This document shows, piece after piece, positions 9,721 to 18,758 of a stretch of 64,000 nucleotides of DNA (the first letter of the stretch is position 1; the number at the start of each line of letters is the position of its first letter). The notes below the pieces were generated by a model. It saw nothing but the letters and a program-made list of their open reading frames with translations, was not told where the DNA came from and ran no database searches. The DNA is taken from assembly GCA_049646625.1 (NCBI GenBank), contig JBARWE010000219.1, positions 4,361-68,360 on the forward strand. Direction: 5' to 3'. The position numbers were made by a program, and so were the translations under genes. Source of the DNA: Xanthobacteraceae bacterium (GTDB lineage Bacteria > Pseudomonadota > Alphaproteobacteria > Rhizobiales > Xanthobacteraceae).

Positions 9721-9752
9721 CGCACTACGTTGTGCTGTCCGCCCATCCGATC

Positions 9753-9786
9753 GAGGGGCGCCAATCTCTTGCGAGTGGCGCCCCTC
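9753..9786 (+). promoter_or_regulatory. GC-rich stem-loop (GAGGGGCGCCA-N12-TGGCGCCCCTC) after the SBP gene
   Basis: 11-bp perfect stem read from the sequence, lying between the SBP gene and the first permease gene. Confidence 0.55.
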
Positions 9787-9818
9787 AACGGTAAGCGTGA
9801 AGGAACGGAGCCTCTATC

Positions 9819-10685
9819 TTGCTGATCCAGATCCTGAATGCCGTGCAGCTCAGCATGCTGATTTTTCTGCTTGCGGTCGGACTGACGTTCATCTTCGGCA
9901 TCATGCGGGTGATCAACCTTGCCCATGGCGCTCTCTATTCGCTTGGCGCCTACCTCGGCGTGGTCGTTGTCGATGCGACGGGTTCGTTCCTCCTTGCGCT
10001 GATCGTGGCGCCGCTAATGGTGGCCGTCGTCGGCGGCTTGCTGCAGATCTTTGCGATCGGGCCGCTGACGGTGCGCGGGCGCAACGAGCTTGAAATAGCC
10101 CTGCTGACCTTCGGCTTGATGTATATATCGATCGGCGTGCTGGAGACGCTGTTCGGCAAGGACTATCTGAGCATCGCGCTGCCAAGCGCGCTGGCGGGAA
10201 GCGTCGATATCCTTGGCGTCTCTTATCCGCTCTATCGTCTGTTCATCATCGCGGTCGGGTTGCTGACGGCACTCTGCATTTCGCTGTTCATCGAGCGCAC
10301 GATCGTTGGCGCTGCGGTGCGGGCCTGCGTCGACAACAAGCCAATGTCGGAATCGCTCGGTATGAATACTGACTGGGTTCTCGCCGGTGTTTTTGCCGTC
10401 GGATCGGGCCTGGCCGCGCTCGGCGGGGTCATCATGGCGCCCGTGTTGAGCGTCTTTCCGCACATGGGCAGTTCTATTCTCATTCTCTCGCTGATTGTCG
10501 TGGTGATCGGTGGCATGGGAAGCCTGAAAGGCTCGTTCTACGGCAGCCTGATCGTCGGGCTGACCGATACCTTGACCCAGTCCTATCTGCCTCAACTCAC
10601 GATGTTCGCCGTCTACATCATTCTGGTTCTGGTGATGCTGACGCGGCCACACGGCCTGTTCGGCCGCCACGCCCATTCGTTGTGA
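9819..10685 (+). CDS. Branched-chain amino acid ABC permease (LivH-like)
   Basis: 288-aa polytopic protein with a LivH-family pattern (INLAHGALYSLGAY ... GGMGSLKGSFYG). TTG start. Confidence 0.88.
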   Translation: MLIQILNAVQLSMLIFLLAVGLTFIFGIMRVINLAHGALYSLGAYLGVVVVDATGSFLLALIVAPLMVAVVGGLLQIFAIGPLTVRGRNELEIALLTFGLMYISIGVLETLFGKDYLSIALPSALAGSVDILGVSYPLYRLFIIAVGLLTALCISLFIERTIVGAAVRACVDNKPMSESLGMNTDWVLAGVFAVGSGLAALGGVIMAPVLSVFPHMGSSILILSLIVVVIGGMGSLKGSFYGSLIVGLTDTLTQSYLPQLTMFAVYIILVLVMLTRPHGLFGRHAHSL

Positions 10686-10687
10686 TC

Positions 10688-11677
10688 ATGACAACAAAGT
10701 CTATTGCCGTGCCCTACCGAGCCAATGTGGCGAGCGATGTTCGCACCCTCAGTATCCTTGCAATCGCCGTAGCCGCCGCGGCACTTGCCTGTGCTCCGTT
10801 CGTGTTGAACGACTATCAGGTGAACCTTGTCATCGAGGCGATGGTGTTCGGCATCTTTGCGATCGGTCTGAATTTTCTCGTCGGCTATACGGGGCTGGTG
10901 TCTCTCGGCCACGCCATGTTCCTCGGGATCGGCGGCTACGGGTTCGGCATTTTCACGGTGCTGCTCGACTGGCCGTGGTGGGCGGCGATCCCGGCAACGA
11001 TTTTGTGTTCCGCGGTGCTGTCGTTCCTGATAGGCATCGTCTGCATCCGTTCGTCGGGCGTTGGATTCTTCATCATGACGCTTGCGTTCTCGGAGCTGAT
11101 GTACGGGCTGGCCTTCAAGACCAAACTCGTCGGCGGCGACGACGGCATGAGCGGCATCTCCCGGCCCGACATCGGCTTTCTGGGGCTTGACATCTATAAT
11201 CCGGCCACCCTTTACGGGTTCATGTTGGTTGCCTTTGCGATTGTGCTGTTCGTCTCGTGGCGGATCATCCGCTCGCCGTTCGGCATGGTTCTGGTCGGCA
11301 TTCGCGAGAACGAAAGCCGGATGCGCGCGCTCGGCTACAGAACGCAATGGTACAAGATGGCCGTCTTTACCCTGTCCGGCATGATCTCGAGCTTCGGAGG
11401 GGTGATGCTCGTCATCAAGACAGGGTTTATGTCGCCCGAAACGCTGTCCTGGATGATGAGCGGCGAGGGACTGCTGATGGTGATCGTCGGGGGGGCCGGA
11501 ACATTTCTCGGTCCGGTTCTTGGTGCGGCAGCCTATGTTCTTCTTCGTGCCGGTCTGACGGGAATAACGGATCATTGGATTCTGTTTCTCGGCTCGTTCT
11601 TTGTGCTTACCGTCGTCTTCTTTCGAGGTGGCCTTATCGGGCTTATATCCGGCGCAATGGCATGGGTGCGGAGATGA
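10688..11677 (+). CDS. Branched-chain amino acid ABC permease (LivM-like)
   Basis: Contains GYTGLVSLGHAMFLGIGGY and GGAGTFLGPVLGA. The start could be GTG 10682 (overlapping the upstream stop) or ATG 10688. Confidence 0.86.
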   Translation: MTTKSIAVPYRANVASDVRTLSILAIAVAAAALACAPFVLNDYQVNLVIEAMVFGIFAIGLNFLVGYTGLVSLGHAMFLGIGGYGFGIFTVLLDWPWWAAIPATILCSAVLSFLIGIVCIRSSGVGFFIMTLAFSELMYGLAFKTKLVGGDDGMSGISRPDIGFLGLDIYNPATLYGFMLVAFAIVLFVSWRIIRSPFGMVLVGIRENESRMRALGYRTQWYKMAVFTLSGMISSFGGVMLVIKTGFMSPETLSWMMSGEGLLMVIVGGAGTFLGPVLGAAAYVLLRAGLTGITDHWILFLGSFFVLTVVFFRGGLIGLISGAMAWVRR

Positions 11678-12420
11678 TGGCCCTGAAGGTCGAATCGCTT
11701 TCCAAGCGATTTGGGGGGCTTCACGTTCTCGAGGACGTGGCCTTTTCCATTCCGGCTGGCGCACGGCATGCGTTGCTTGGGCCGAATGGTGCTGGCAAAA
11801 CAACATTGATCAATGTCGTGTCCGGTTGGTTGCGGCCGGATTCGGGGAAAATCGAGATCTATGGGGAGGATACGACCGGCCTTCCAGTGGAAAAACTGGT
11901 GAGGCGTGGGCTTGCTCGTTCGTTTCAGCGCAACAGCGCAATCGGCGATCTCTCGGTGCTCGAAAACCTCTGCCTTGCCTCTCACGCGATTATGCCTGGG
12001 CATGCAAACCTCTGGAGAGATCGGACGAGCTATGCCCAACCAATCGATCGGGCAACGGAAACTGCCGCGTGGATGGGTCTCGATAAGGTGCTGCATAGGT
12101 CCGCACGAGAGCTTTCGTACGGCGAAAAGCGTCAGCTCGAAGTCGCCCTCGCAATGTGCTCGAAACCAAGACTTCTGCTGCTGGACGAGCCGGCGGCCGG
12201 CACGTCGCCCGGAGAGCGTGGACGTCTCCGCGATCTGATCAAGTCGCTGCCGCCCGATATCAGCCTGGTGATGATCGAGCATGACATCGACCTGGTGTTC
12301 GACGTCTGCGATTCCGCAACGATCCTGAGCTACGGGCAAGTCATCGCCCAAGGCAGCAGAGAGGAAATCCGCAAAAGCACCGCGGTCCAGAATGCGTATC
12401 TCGGGGCTGCTCATGCTTAA
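11674..12420 (+). CDS. ABC ATP-binding protein (LivG-like)
   Basis: ATGA overlap with the livM-like stop. Walker A GPNGAGKTT, signature LSYGEKRQLE, Walker B LLLDEPAAG. Confidence 0.9.
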   Translation: MMALKVESLSKRFGGLHVLEDVAFSIPAGARHALLGPNGAGKTTLINVVSGWLRPDSGKIEIYGEDTTGLPVEKLVRRGLARSFQRNSAIGDLSVLENLCLASHAIMPGHANLWRDRTSYAQPIDRATETAAWMGLDKVLHRSARELSYGEKRQLEVALAMCSKPRLLLLDEPAAGTSPGERGRLRDLIKSLPPDISLVMIEHDIDLVFDVCDSATILSYGQVIAQGSREEIRKSTAVQNAYLGAAHA

Positions 12421-13114
12421 GGTCAGGGACATCCGCACATATTACGGCGAAAGCTGTATTCTTCAGGGCGTAACCCTTGATGTGAAAGAGGGAACGTGCG
12501 TCGCTCTGGTCGGCCGCAACGGCGCCGGGAAGACGACGACGCTTCGCAGCATCCTCGGCATGGTGCCGCCGCGGCAAGGCAGCATTCAGTACAAAGGCAA
12601 AGACATCACCCGTATGCGGACATGGCGCATCGCGCGCATGGGAATCGTGAATGTCCCGGAAGATCGCGGTATTTTTCCATCTCTGACCATCGAGGAGCAG
12701 CTGCGTCTCACGAAAGCGCTGGCGCGGAATCGTCCCAACTCGCGCTCAATCGATGAGGTCTATGCGATTTTTCCGCGCCTCGCCGAGCGACGCAAGCATC
12801 TGGGGACGCATCTTTCGGGCGGCGAGCAGCAGATGCTCGCGATCGGACGCGCGACAATCCTTGGGCCGGACCTTCTGGTCCTCGATGAGCCGAGTGAGGG
12901 GCTTGCGCCGCTCATCGTCGAACATGTCTTTATGGCACTCGACCGGATCCGCCGGGAGGGGACGACGATCCTGCTGGTCGAGCAGAACTATCATTGGGCC
13001 ATCCAGCTGGCCGATTTCGTTTATGTGCTGAGCCAGGGCGAGGTGAAATTTGAGGGCAGTCCCGCGCTGCTCGAATCCCACCCGGCCGTCAAGCAAGAGT
13101 TTTTGGGCATCTGA
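12413..13114 (+). CDS. ABC ATP-binding protein (LivF-like)
   Basis: Walker A GRNGAGKTT, signature LSGGEQQML, Walker B LVLDEPSEGL. The start overlaps the upstream gene by 8 nt. Confidence 0.9.
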   Translation: MLKVRDIRTYYGESCILQGVTLDVKEGTCVALVGRNGAGKTTTLRSILGMVPPRQGSIQYKGKDITRMRTWRIARMGIVNVPEDRGIFPSLTIEEQLRLTKALARNRPNSRSIDEVYAIFPRLAERRKHLGTHLSGGEQQMLAIGRATILGPDLLVLDEPSEGLAPLIVEHVFMALDRIRREGTTILLVEQNYHWAIQLADFVYVLSQGEVKFEGSPALLESHPAVKQEFLGI

Positions 13115-13189
13115 CAGAGCGCAGCCGGCACTGTCCCATCCGCCGGCCGTTGCAGGCTGCCCGTCGTTGAGGCGTCGTGGAGATTTGAC

Positions 13190-13984
13190 GTGACGTATGA
13201 TGACTACAAGACCATCGCGGTGACGCGTGCCGGCAGGATTTTGACCCTGACGATGAACCGTGCCGACAAGCTGAACGCGACCGATGCCTTGATGCATGAG
13301 GAACTGTCGCGGATTTTCTACGACGTCGGCCGGGACGGTGAAGCCGATGTCGTCATTCTGACTGGCGCGGGAAAAGCATTTTGCGCCGGCGGCGATACCA
13401 ACTGGATGCAGGATACCATCGACGATCCGTCGCTCTGGCGCAAAACCGTCACCGAAGCCAAGGGGATCATCTTTGGCCTGCTCGACCTTGAGAAGCCGGT
13501 TATCGCCAAGCTGAACGGCGCGGCGGTCGGGCTTGGGGCGACCATCGCGCTTTACTGCGATGTCATCTTTGCCTCCGACCGCGCCAAGATCGGAGACCCT
13601 CATGTCAGCGTCGGCTTTGTCGCCGGCGATGGCGGGTCGGCAATCTGGCCGCAGCTTGTCGGATACGCGCGCGCCAAGGAATTTTTGATGACGGGCGATA
13701 TCATCGGCGCGCAGACCGCCGCCGATATGGGGTTGATCAATCATTGCGTCCCGCATGAGGAGCTGGATCAGCGGGTGCAGGCTTTTGCCGAGAGGCTGGC
13801 GGGCGGTGCGATCCGCGCCATCCAGTGGACCAAGATGGCGATCAACGGGCCGTTGCGCCAAATCGTATCGACCAACCTCGAGATGTCGCTCGCTCTCGAG
13901 GGGTTGTCGAATGTCTCGGCCGATCACCAGGAGGGCGTGCGCGCATTCAACGAGAAGCGCGCACCCCGCTTCACCGGACAATAG
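13190..13984 (+). CDS. Enoyl-CoA hydratase/isomerase (crotonase) family protein
   Basis: 264 aa. Oxyanion-hole region GAGKAFCAGGD and a C-terminal EGVRAFNEKRAPRF. Confidence 0.9.
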   Translation: MTYDDYKTIAVTRAGRILTLTMNRADKLNATDALMHEELSRIFYDVGRDGEADVVILTGAGKAFCAGGDTNWMQDTIDDPSLWRKTVTEAKGIIFGLLDLEKPVIAKLNGAAVGLGATIALYCDVIFASDRAKIGDPHVSVGFVAGDGGSAIWPQLVGYARAKEFLMTGDIIGAQTAADMGLINHCVPHEELDQRVQAFAERLAGGAIRAIQWTKMAINGPLRQIVSTNLEMSLALEGLSNVSADHQEGVRAFNEKRAPRFTGQ

Positions 13985-13999
13985 TGCGTAGGAAAGCAT

Positions 14000-15568
14000 A
14001 TGTTCTTCAATCGGCAAACCATTGGGGGCGTGCTGCGCGCGACCGCCCGAGCGAGATCGGATCATGTCGCCGTCGTTCAGGGCGAGTTGATGCTGACTTA
14101 CCGGGAGCTGGACGAGGCCGTCGACAAGCTCGGCGCTCATCTCATCGCCGCCGGCATCCGCAAGGGCGATCGTGCGGCCTTCATGTTCTTGAACCAGTGG
14201 GAAATCCTGGTCGCCTACTATGCCATTGCGCGCATCGGGGCCGTGTGCGTTTCGCTGAACTACCGGCTGACGCCGGGTGAGATCGAGTACCAGCTCCGGA
14301 AGACCAATGCGCGCGTCGTTCTCTACGATGACAGCTTTGGTGAGCTGTTCGCGCGGCTGCCGGCGTCCCTGATCGAAAAGCTCATTTTCATTTCATCGGC
14401 CGAAGGGGGCGGCGATCGGCACATTCCGGTCAGCGGCAACTTTGTCGATATCCTGCGCAAAGGTTATGCCGGCCGGGTCGAGGTCGATGTCGAGTCGAGC
14501 GATGACAGCGGCATCTGGTTCACCTCCGGAACCACCGGAAGCCCGAAGGGGGCGATCGTTCGTCACGCTTCGTCGATTGCCTCGGCGGATATCACCGCTC
14601 TCGTCTGCAACTTCGGCGTGGAGACGCGCTTTCTGGCGACGGCGCCAATGTTTCATCGCGGTGCGATGGAGGATATGCACCTGGCGATCACGCTGGTCGG
14701 TGCCACCCACGTTCTTCTGCCGCGCTTCGAGCCGAAGCGGGCGCTCGAACTGATCGAATCCGAGAAAATCTCGCACGCATTCATCGTCCCGACGATGTCG
14801 CGCCTCATTTTGCAGCTTCCCGGCTGCGAAACGTATGACCTGACCTCGATGGAGCGATGGATTTCCGCCTCGGCGCCGTTCCCTGCTGAGCTGGCAACCG
14901 CGATCCAGGAGCGCCTGAGGCTGCGGGATGATGTCGTCATGAATGCCTACGGGATCACCGAGTCGCTGTTGAACGCTGCCTGTTATCCGCGGGAGATGCG
15001 TGCGCGACCCGGTTCGGTCGGCCGCGCGGTGCCGAAGATGCAGGTGCGGATCGTCGATGCGCAGCACACCTTTGTGGCCGATGGTGAGGTCGGCGAGATC
15101 GTGACGTCGGGGCCGACCACGTTTCGCACCTACCTCGACGACGAGGCGGCGTTTCGATCTGCGGTTTTTCAGGCTGACGATGCGGTCTGGTACAACACCG
15201 GCGACGTCGGCTATCGGGATGAGGATGGCTACATCTACATTGTCGACCGCAAGAAGGACATGATCATTTCCGGCGGCGAGAATATCTACTGTGTCGAGGT
15301 TGAAAGCGCGATTGCGCGCCACGCGGACGTATCCGAGGTCGCCGTTGTCGGGGCGCCTGACGAGTTGTGGGGCGAGCGGGTCGTCGCCTTCGTCGTGCCA
15401 AAACCCGGCGCCAGCCTCGATCAGGACACGGTCTTGTCGTTCTGCCAGGACCTTGCGGGATACAAGCGCCCGCGTGAGGTCAAAGTGATCGCGGCCTTTC
15501 CCCGGAATTCGTTCGGAAAGATTCAGAAGGCCGAGTTGCGCAAGCTGGTGGCGGAGCGGGCGCCTTAG
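14000..15568 (+). CDS. AMP-dependent acyl-CoA synthetase/ligase
   Basis: 522 aa. Motifs FTSGTTGSPKG, YGITE, TGDVGYRDEDGYIYIVDRKKD and NSFGKIQK. Confidence 0.9.
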   Translation: MFFNRQTIGGVLRATARARSDHVAVVQGELMLTYRELDEAVDKLGAHLIAAGIRKGDRAAFMFLNQWEILVAYYAIARIGAVCVSLNYRLTPGEIEYQLRKTNARVVLYDDSFGELFARLPASLIEKLIFISSAEGGGDRHIPVSGNFVDILRKGYAGRVEVDVESSDDSGIWFTSGTTGSPKGAIVRHASSIASADITALVCNFGVETRFLATAPMFHRGAMEDMHLAITLVGATHVLLPRFEPKRALELIESEKISHAFIVPTMSRLILQLPGCETYDLTSMERWISASAPFPAELATAIQERLRLRDDVVMNAYGITESLLNAACYPREMRARPGSVGRAVPKMQVRIVDAQHTFVADGEVGEIVTSGPTTFRTYLDDEAAFRSAVFQADDAVWYNTGDVGYRDEDGYIYIVDRKKDMIISGGENIYCVEVESAIARHADVSEVAVVGAPDELWGERVVAFVVPKPGASLDQDTVLSFCQDLAGYKRPREVKVIAAFPRNSFGKIQKAELRKLVAERAP

Positions 15569-15996
15569 CGTCGGATGGCGACCTTTCGCAGACGCTCGGC
15601 CAGTTCAGCGCTGATCGGTGCCGGGCGGCGCGCTGCCTTCGAGAAGTGCACCAGAACCGTTTCGGCGACGGCGGCGCACTCGCTCTGGCTGAAAAGACCT
15701 TGTGCTATCGTAAAGGAACTTGTGCCGGTGTGTAGGATGCCCGTGCCTATCCTGACTTGTCCCGGCGCGAACAGCTCCCTGAGCAAATTGACCGTTGTGC
15801 GCGCGACGACGGCCGCGGTGGTCAGCTTCTCGCCGATAATCCCAAGCTCGATGCACAATGTCAGCCGCGCCGTGTCGCAATAGGTCACATATGAGGCGGT
15901 GTTGATGTGTCCGAGCAGATCGGTATCGCCGAATCTCAACGTATCGTCGGTCCAGTGCGGATACGCATCGGGATGCTTCAGTCGTTCGTCGATCAT
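15565..15996 (-). CDS. Acyl-CoA thioesterase, 4HBT/YbgC-like hotdog fold
   Basis: 143 aa. The N-terminus (...LRFGDTDLLGHINTASYVTYCDTAR) matches the 4HBT pattern (D.D..GHV.N..Y). Confidence 0.78.
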   Translation of the reverse strand: MIDERLKHPDAYPHWTDDTLRFGDTDLLGHINTASYVTYCDTARLTLCIELGIIGEKLTTAAVVARTTVNLLRELFAPGQVRIGTGILHTGTSSFTIAQGLFSQSECAAVAETVLVHFSKAARRPAPISAELAERLRKVAIRR

Positions 15997-16110
15997 GGTT
16001 GTCGTCCTAGCGGGGAGCGTGGGGGCGCGGCCGTGATGGCGGGAGGGCCAAACGGCCGCCGTGTTTTGCGATCAGGTCGCTCTTTCGAGCGCATGGAATG
16101 GAGGAATGAG

Positions 16111-16497
16111 ATGGCGCTTCAGGTCGGAGCAACGAGCAGCGAGAGCTTTGCCGTGGGGCAGGAGCATACGGCGCTGGCCATGGGCAACGAGGGGGTTTCC
16201 GTTCTCGGCACGCCGGCATTGATCCTGTTCGCGGAGACGGTCTGTCATCGGATGCTTGTGCCGCATCTGGCGGACGGAGACGCATCTGTCGGAATAGCTG
16301 TCAACATTCGTCATCTCAAGGCGACCCCGGTCGGCATGCGGGTGCAGGTCAGCGCCACCCTGCGGGAGATCGCTGGCAGGCGTCATCTGTTCGAGGTGTC
16401 CGGGCAGGACGAGGAAGGCGCGATCCTTGCCGGCACTCATGAACGGGCCATTGTCGATCTGGCGCCGTTTCTGGCCAAGATCGAGGTGGCCAGGTAG
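16111..16497 (+). CDS. Hotdog-fold thioesterase (fluoroacetyl-CoA-thioesterase-like family)
   Basis: ATG 16111 lies 7 nt after GGAGGA. Pattern: GVSVLGTPALILFAETVCHRML ... SVGIAVNIRHLKATPVGMRV ... GRRHLFEV. Confidence 0.72.
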   Translation: MALQVGATSSESFAVGQEHTALAMGNEGVSVLGTPALILFAETVCHRMLVPHLADGDASVGIAVNIRHLKATPVGMRVQVSATLREIAGRRHLFEVSGQDEEGAILAGTHERAIVDLAPFLAKIEVAR

Positions 16498-16587
16498 CGT
16501 CCCATCGAAGCCGCGCTCGCCCCATGGATCATGACGCGATGGCGCTCCGTTGACGATGCAAAGGCAGGGCGCCAGCACGGCCACCCG

Positions 16588-17412
16588 CTACATGTAACGA
16601 ACGACGAAGGTGGCGACGCCGATGGGCTTGTCGCTGCCGACCGTATTCCAGGTGACGTCGTATGAGACGGACAGGCCGCGCTCGCGCGGCTCGACCCGCC
16701 CGACCTTGACCGTTTGCGTCAGCCTCGCTCCCTGCACGAGCGGGGCGAGCAGGCGGATGCGGTCGCTGCCCTGAAACAGCATGGTGTCGACGTTACGTAT
16801 CTCGACCAGATCGAAGAACAGTTTTGGAAACAGCGCCGCCGCCATCATGCCCGGCGCAATCGTCGTGCCGAAGGGCGAGGCCTTGCAGCGCTCCTCGTCC
16901 CAATGGATCCATTCGGTGTTCTCGGTCGAGCGGCAGAACTGGTCGATCCGGTCCTGGGTGATTTCGATCGGCCCGGCCGTGCCAAGCGTCGTTCCCTCAA
17001 GCGGGGCGAATCCGGACAGGCCGTCGATGACGATGCTTGCGGTCATGGTCTTGCGTTCCTTTGAAAGTTGCCCGCCGGAGCCGGAGGCTGTGAACTGGTC
17101 CGCTATCGGTGCCAAGCCGTTCTGCGAGTTTTGGGCGACATTGCACCTGCCGCGACCGCAAAGACGGTCAAGGGACGTATCGTCGTCGGTGTCTGAGGTT
17201 CTGGCTCTTTCGGCCACGGTCAACCGCTGGAAGTAATCCATTGCGGTTGGCGGCAGCTTGCCGGACCACTTCACCCAGTTGAAGATGGTCCGGCACGTCC
17301 TGCACTCGAACATCACTTCCGAGATGCTGCTTCCGAATAGTGACAGAAGCTCCACGTTGCCGCCGTGACATTCGGGGCAGCGGACATCCTTGAAGTCGTC
17401 GTCGCGCATCAA
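16588..17412 (-). CDS. Fusion ORF: PaaD-type C-terminal zinc ribbon, a linker of about 70 aa, and a MaoC-like (R)-hydratase domain
   Basis: Residues 10-48 read VRCPECHGGNVELLSLFGSSISEVMFECRTCRTIFNWVKW. This matches the E. coli PaaD C-terminus as I recall it (VRCPRC...LISEFGSTACKALYRCDSCREPFDYFK). Residues 123-274 are a MaoC hotdog domain. No stop codon separates the two parts. An internal ATG at 17046 with AAGGAA upstream could also start a stand-alone MaoC protein. Confidence 0.7.
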   Translation of the reverse strand: MMRDDDFKDVRCPECHGGNVELLSLFGSSISEVMFECRTCRTIFNWVKWSGKLPPTAMDYFQRLTVAERARTSDTDDDTSLDRLCGRGRCNVAQNSQNGLAPIADQFTASGSGGQLSKERKTMTASIVIDGLSGFAPLEGTTLGTAGPIEITQDRIDQFCRSTENTEWIHWDEERCKASPFGTTIAPGMMAAALFPKLFFDLVEIRNVDTMLFQGSDRIRLLAPLVQGARLTQTVKVGRVEPRERGLSVSYDVTWNTVGSDKPIGVATFVVRYM

Positions 17413-18188
17413 TTGTAGGCCGCGGCCGGGTCTTTCAGTTGAACGATGCCGAACAGACGGTCCGGGATATTGCCGGCGCGGCGCCGTTCGATCGTCCAGT
17501 CGGCTGCCGGCGGGACCGGATCGGGCAGCTTTGCGTCGATTTGCGACGCCTGAAGCGCGGCCGAAACCTCATTGAGGAATGCCTCCCGCAGCTTCGTGGC
17601 CGGCAGCGCGCGCAGCCCCGCATCGTACAGGACGTCGTTCTGGCTGCTGTCGCCGAACCACGCCGCCGCCTGCGGCAGCCGCTGCGCCACCGCCTGGCCG
17701 AACTCCACATTCTCAGTGCCGGCGAAAATGCCGCGCCAGCCTTCGCAATACTTCAGGTGGAAGTAGGATTCCTGGCCGATTTTATGGACCAGACCGGACA
17801 ATGCGCGATCCGGATGCGACAGGAAGCCGGAGGCGAAAGTCCACATCGCCTGCTCGGCGAGATAGACCGATGCAACAAAGTCCTCCCAGGACTCCGGCGG
17901 GCTGTCGAGAAGGTTCATCGAGTTGATGCCGGTCGCATCGCGACGCCGCTCCAGATCGGTGTACGGGATGCCGAAATTGACCAGATACAGATACAGCCCG
18001 CGCGTATGGCCGAACGTTGCAGTCGCCATGCCGAGGATGGCGGCGAAGTCGGGCAGGGATCGGCCGTTGTGCACGCACATCGTATACCAGTTGGCCAGCA
18101 CAAGCTTGCTGTCGGCCAGCGCCAGCACGTCGGACTTGAGGCGATCGCGAGCCTCGGGGGCGAGCGTTGCCAGATCGAAACGGTTCAT
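17409..18188 (-). CDS. paaC: PaaC-like (PaaI) structural subunit of a phenylacetyl-CoA-epoxidase-type oxygenase
   Basis: 259 aa from ATG 18188. Ferritin-like helical protein (LADSKLVLANWYTMCV ... GHTRGLYLYL). It sits directly after paaB. Confidence 0.75.
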   Translation of the reverse strand: MNRFDLATLAPEARDRLKSDVLALADSKLVLANWYTMCVHNGRSLPDFAAILGMATATFGHTRGLYLYLVNFGIPYTDLERRRDATGINSMNLLDSPPESWEDFVASVYLAEQAMWTFASGFLSHPDRALSGLVHKIGQESYFHLKYCEGWRGIFAGTENVEFGQAVAQRLPQAAAWFGDSSQNDVLYDAGLRALPATKLREAFLNEVSAALQASQIDAKLPDPVPPAADWTIERRRAGNIPDRLFGIVQLKDPAAAYN

Positions 18189-18192
18189 GATC

Positions 18193-18450
18193 CTAAGCCT
18201 CTTTGATTTTGCCGCGGGCACCTTTGTCGGTCACCGAGATGACCGCATCGGTAGGAACCACGCACATTTCGCGCCAACGCTGCTGGTCGTAGACGTACCA
18301 GGCGCGAACCTGAGCCAACTCGTCGTTGGGCGCCTCGATACTGCCGACGTGAGCCAGTACGTCGTTTGAGTCGATTCGCGCGAACACTTCGTAGAACTTG
18401 GTGCTGTTGCCGCCGAGTTCCGCGCGATTGATCTTCTTCGGCTTGATCAT
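18193..18450 (-). CDS. paaB: PaaB-like small subunit
   Basis: 85 aa. FYEVFARIDSNDVLAHVGSIEAPNDELA..A...Y follows the PaaB pattern (YEVF.R......H.GS..A). ATGA overlap with the upstream gene. Confidence 0.78.
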   Translation of the reverse strand: MIKPKKINRAELGGNSTKFYEVFARIDSNDVLAHVGSIEAPNDELAQVRAWYVYDQQRWREMCVVPTDAVISVTDKGARGKIKEA

Positions 18451-18758
18451 ATCTGGATTCCGTTTGTTCGCATCAACGTCTTGGTCTCGTCGTCCAGCAG
18501 GTCGCGCGACCACGGCAGGAAAAAGCCGTTTTCGATAACGACGCTGCGAACGCCGGGAAGATCGAGCAACGCGCGTTCGATATCGCCGTGGAGCATACTG
18601 ACGCCGGGACAGCCGAGGCAGGGAATGCACAGTTGCACATGCACCACGCCATCCTCGATGGAGATGTCCCGGAGCATGCCCATGCGCCGGATGCTGACCG
18701 GAACATGGGGATCGTTGACCTTCTCCAGGGCCTCGCGGATATCGTCGACGGTTACCAC
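18447..18758 (-). CDS. DUF59/MIP18-family protein, equivalent to the N-terminal domain of PaaD
   Basis: 103 aa from a GTG that overlaps the paaA stop (GTGGTAA). Sequence: VTVDDIREALEKVNDPHVPVSIRRMGMLRDISIEDGVVHVQLCIPCLGCPG. Confidence 0.72.
   Translation of the reverse strand: MVTVDDIREALEKVNDPHVPVSIRRMGMLRDISIEDGVVHVQLCIPCLGCPGVSMLHGDIERALLDLPGVRSVVIENGFFLPWSRDLLDDETKTLMRTNGIQI

Noticed and set aside
10613-11806. 397-aa minus-strand ORF over the livM-like gene. Similar long antisense ORFs lie at 12746-14140, 30719-32257, 35794-36897 and 62252-63616.
   Set aside because: All are antisense to well-supported genes, lack motifs, and have the biased composition expected from GC-rich third positions read in reverse.
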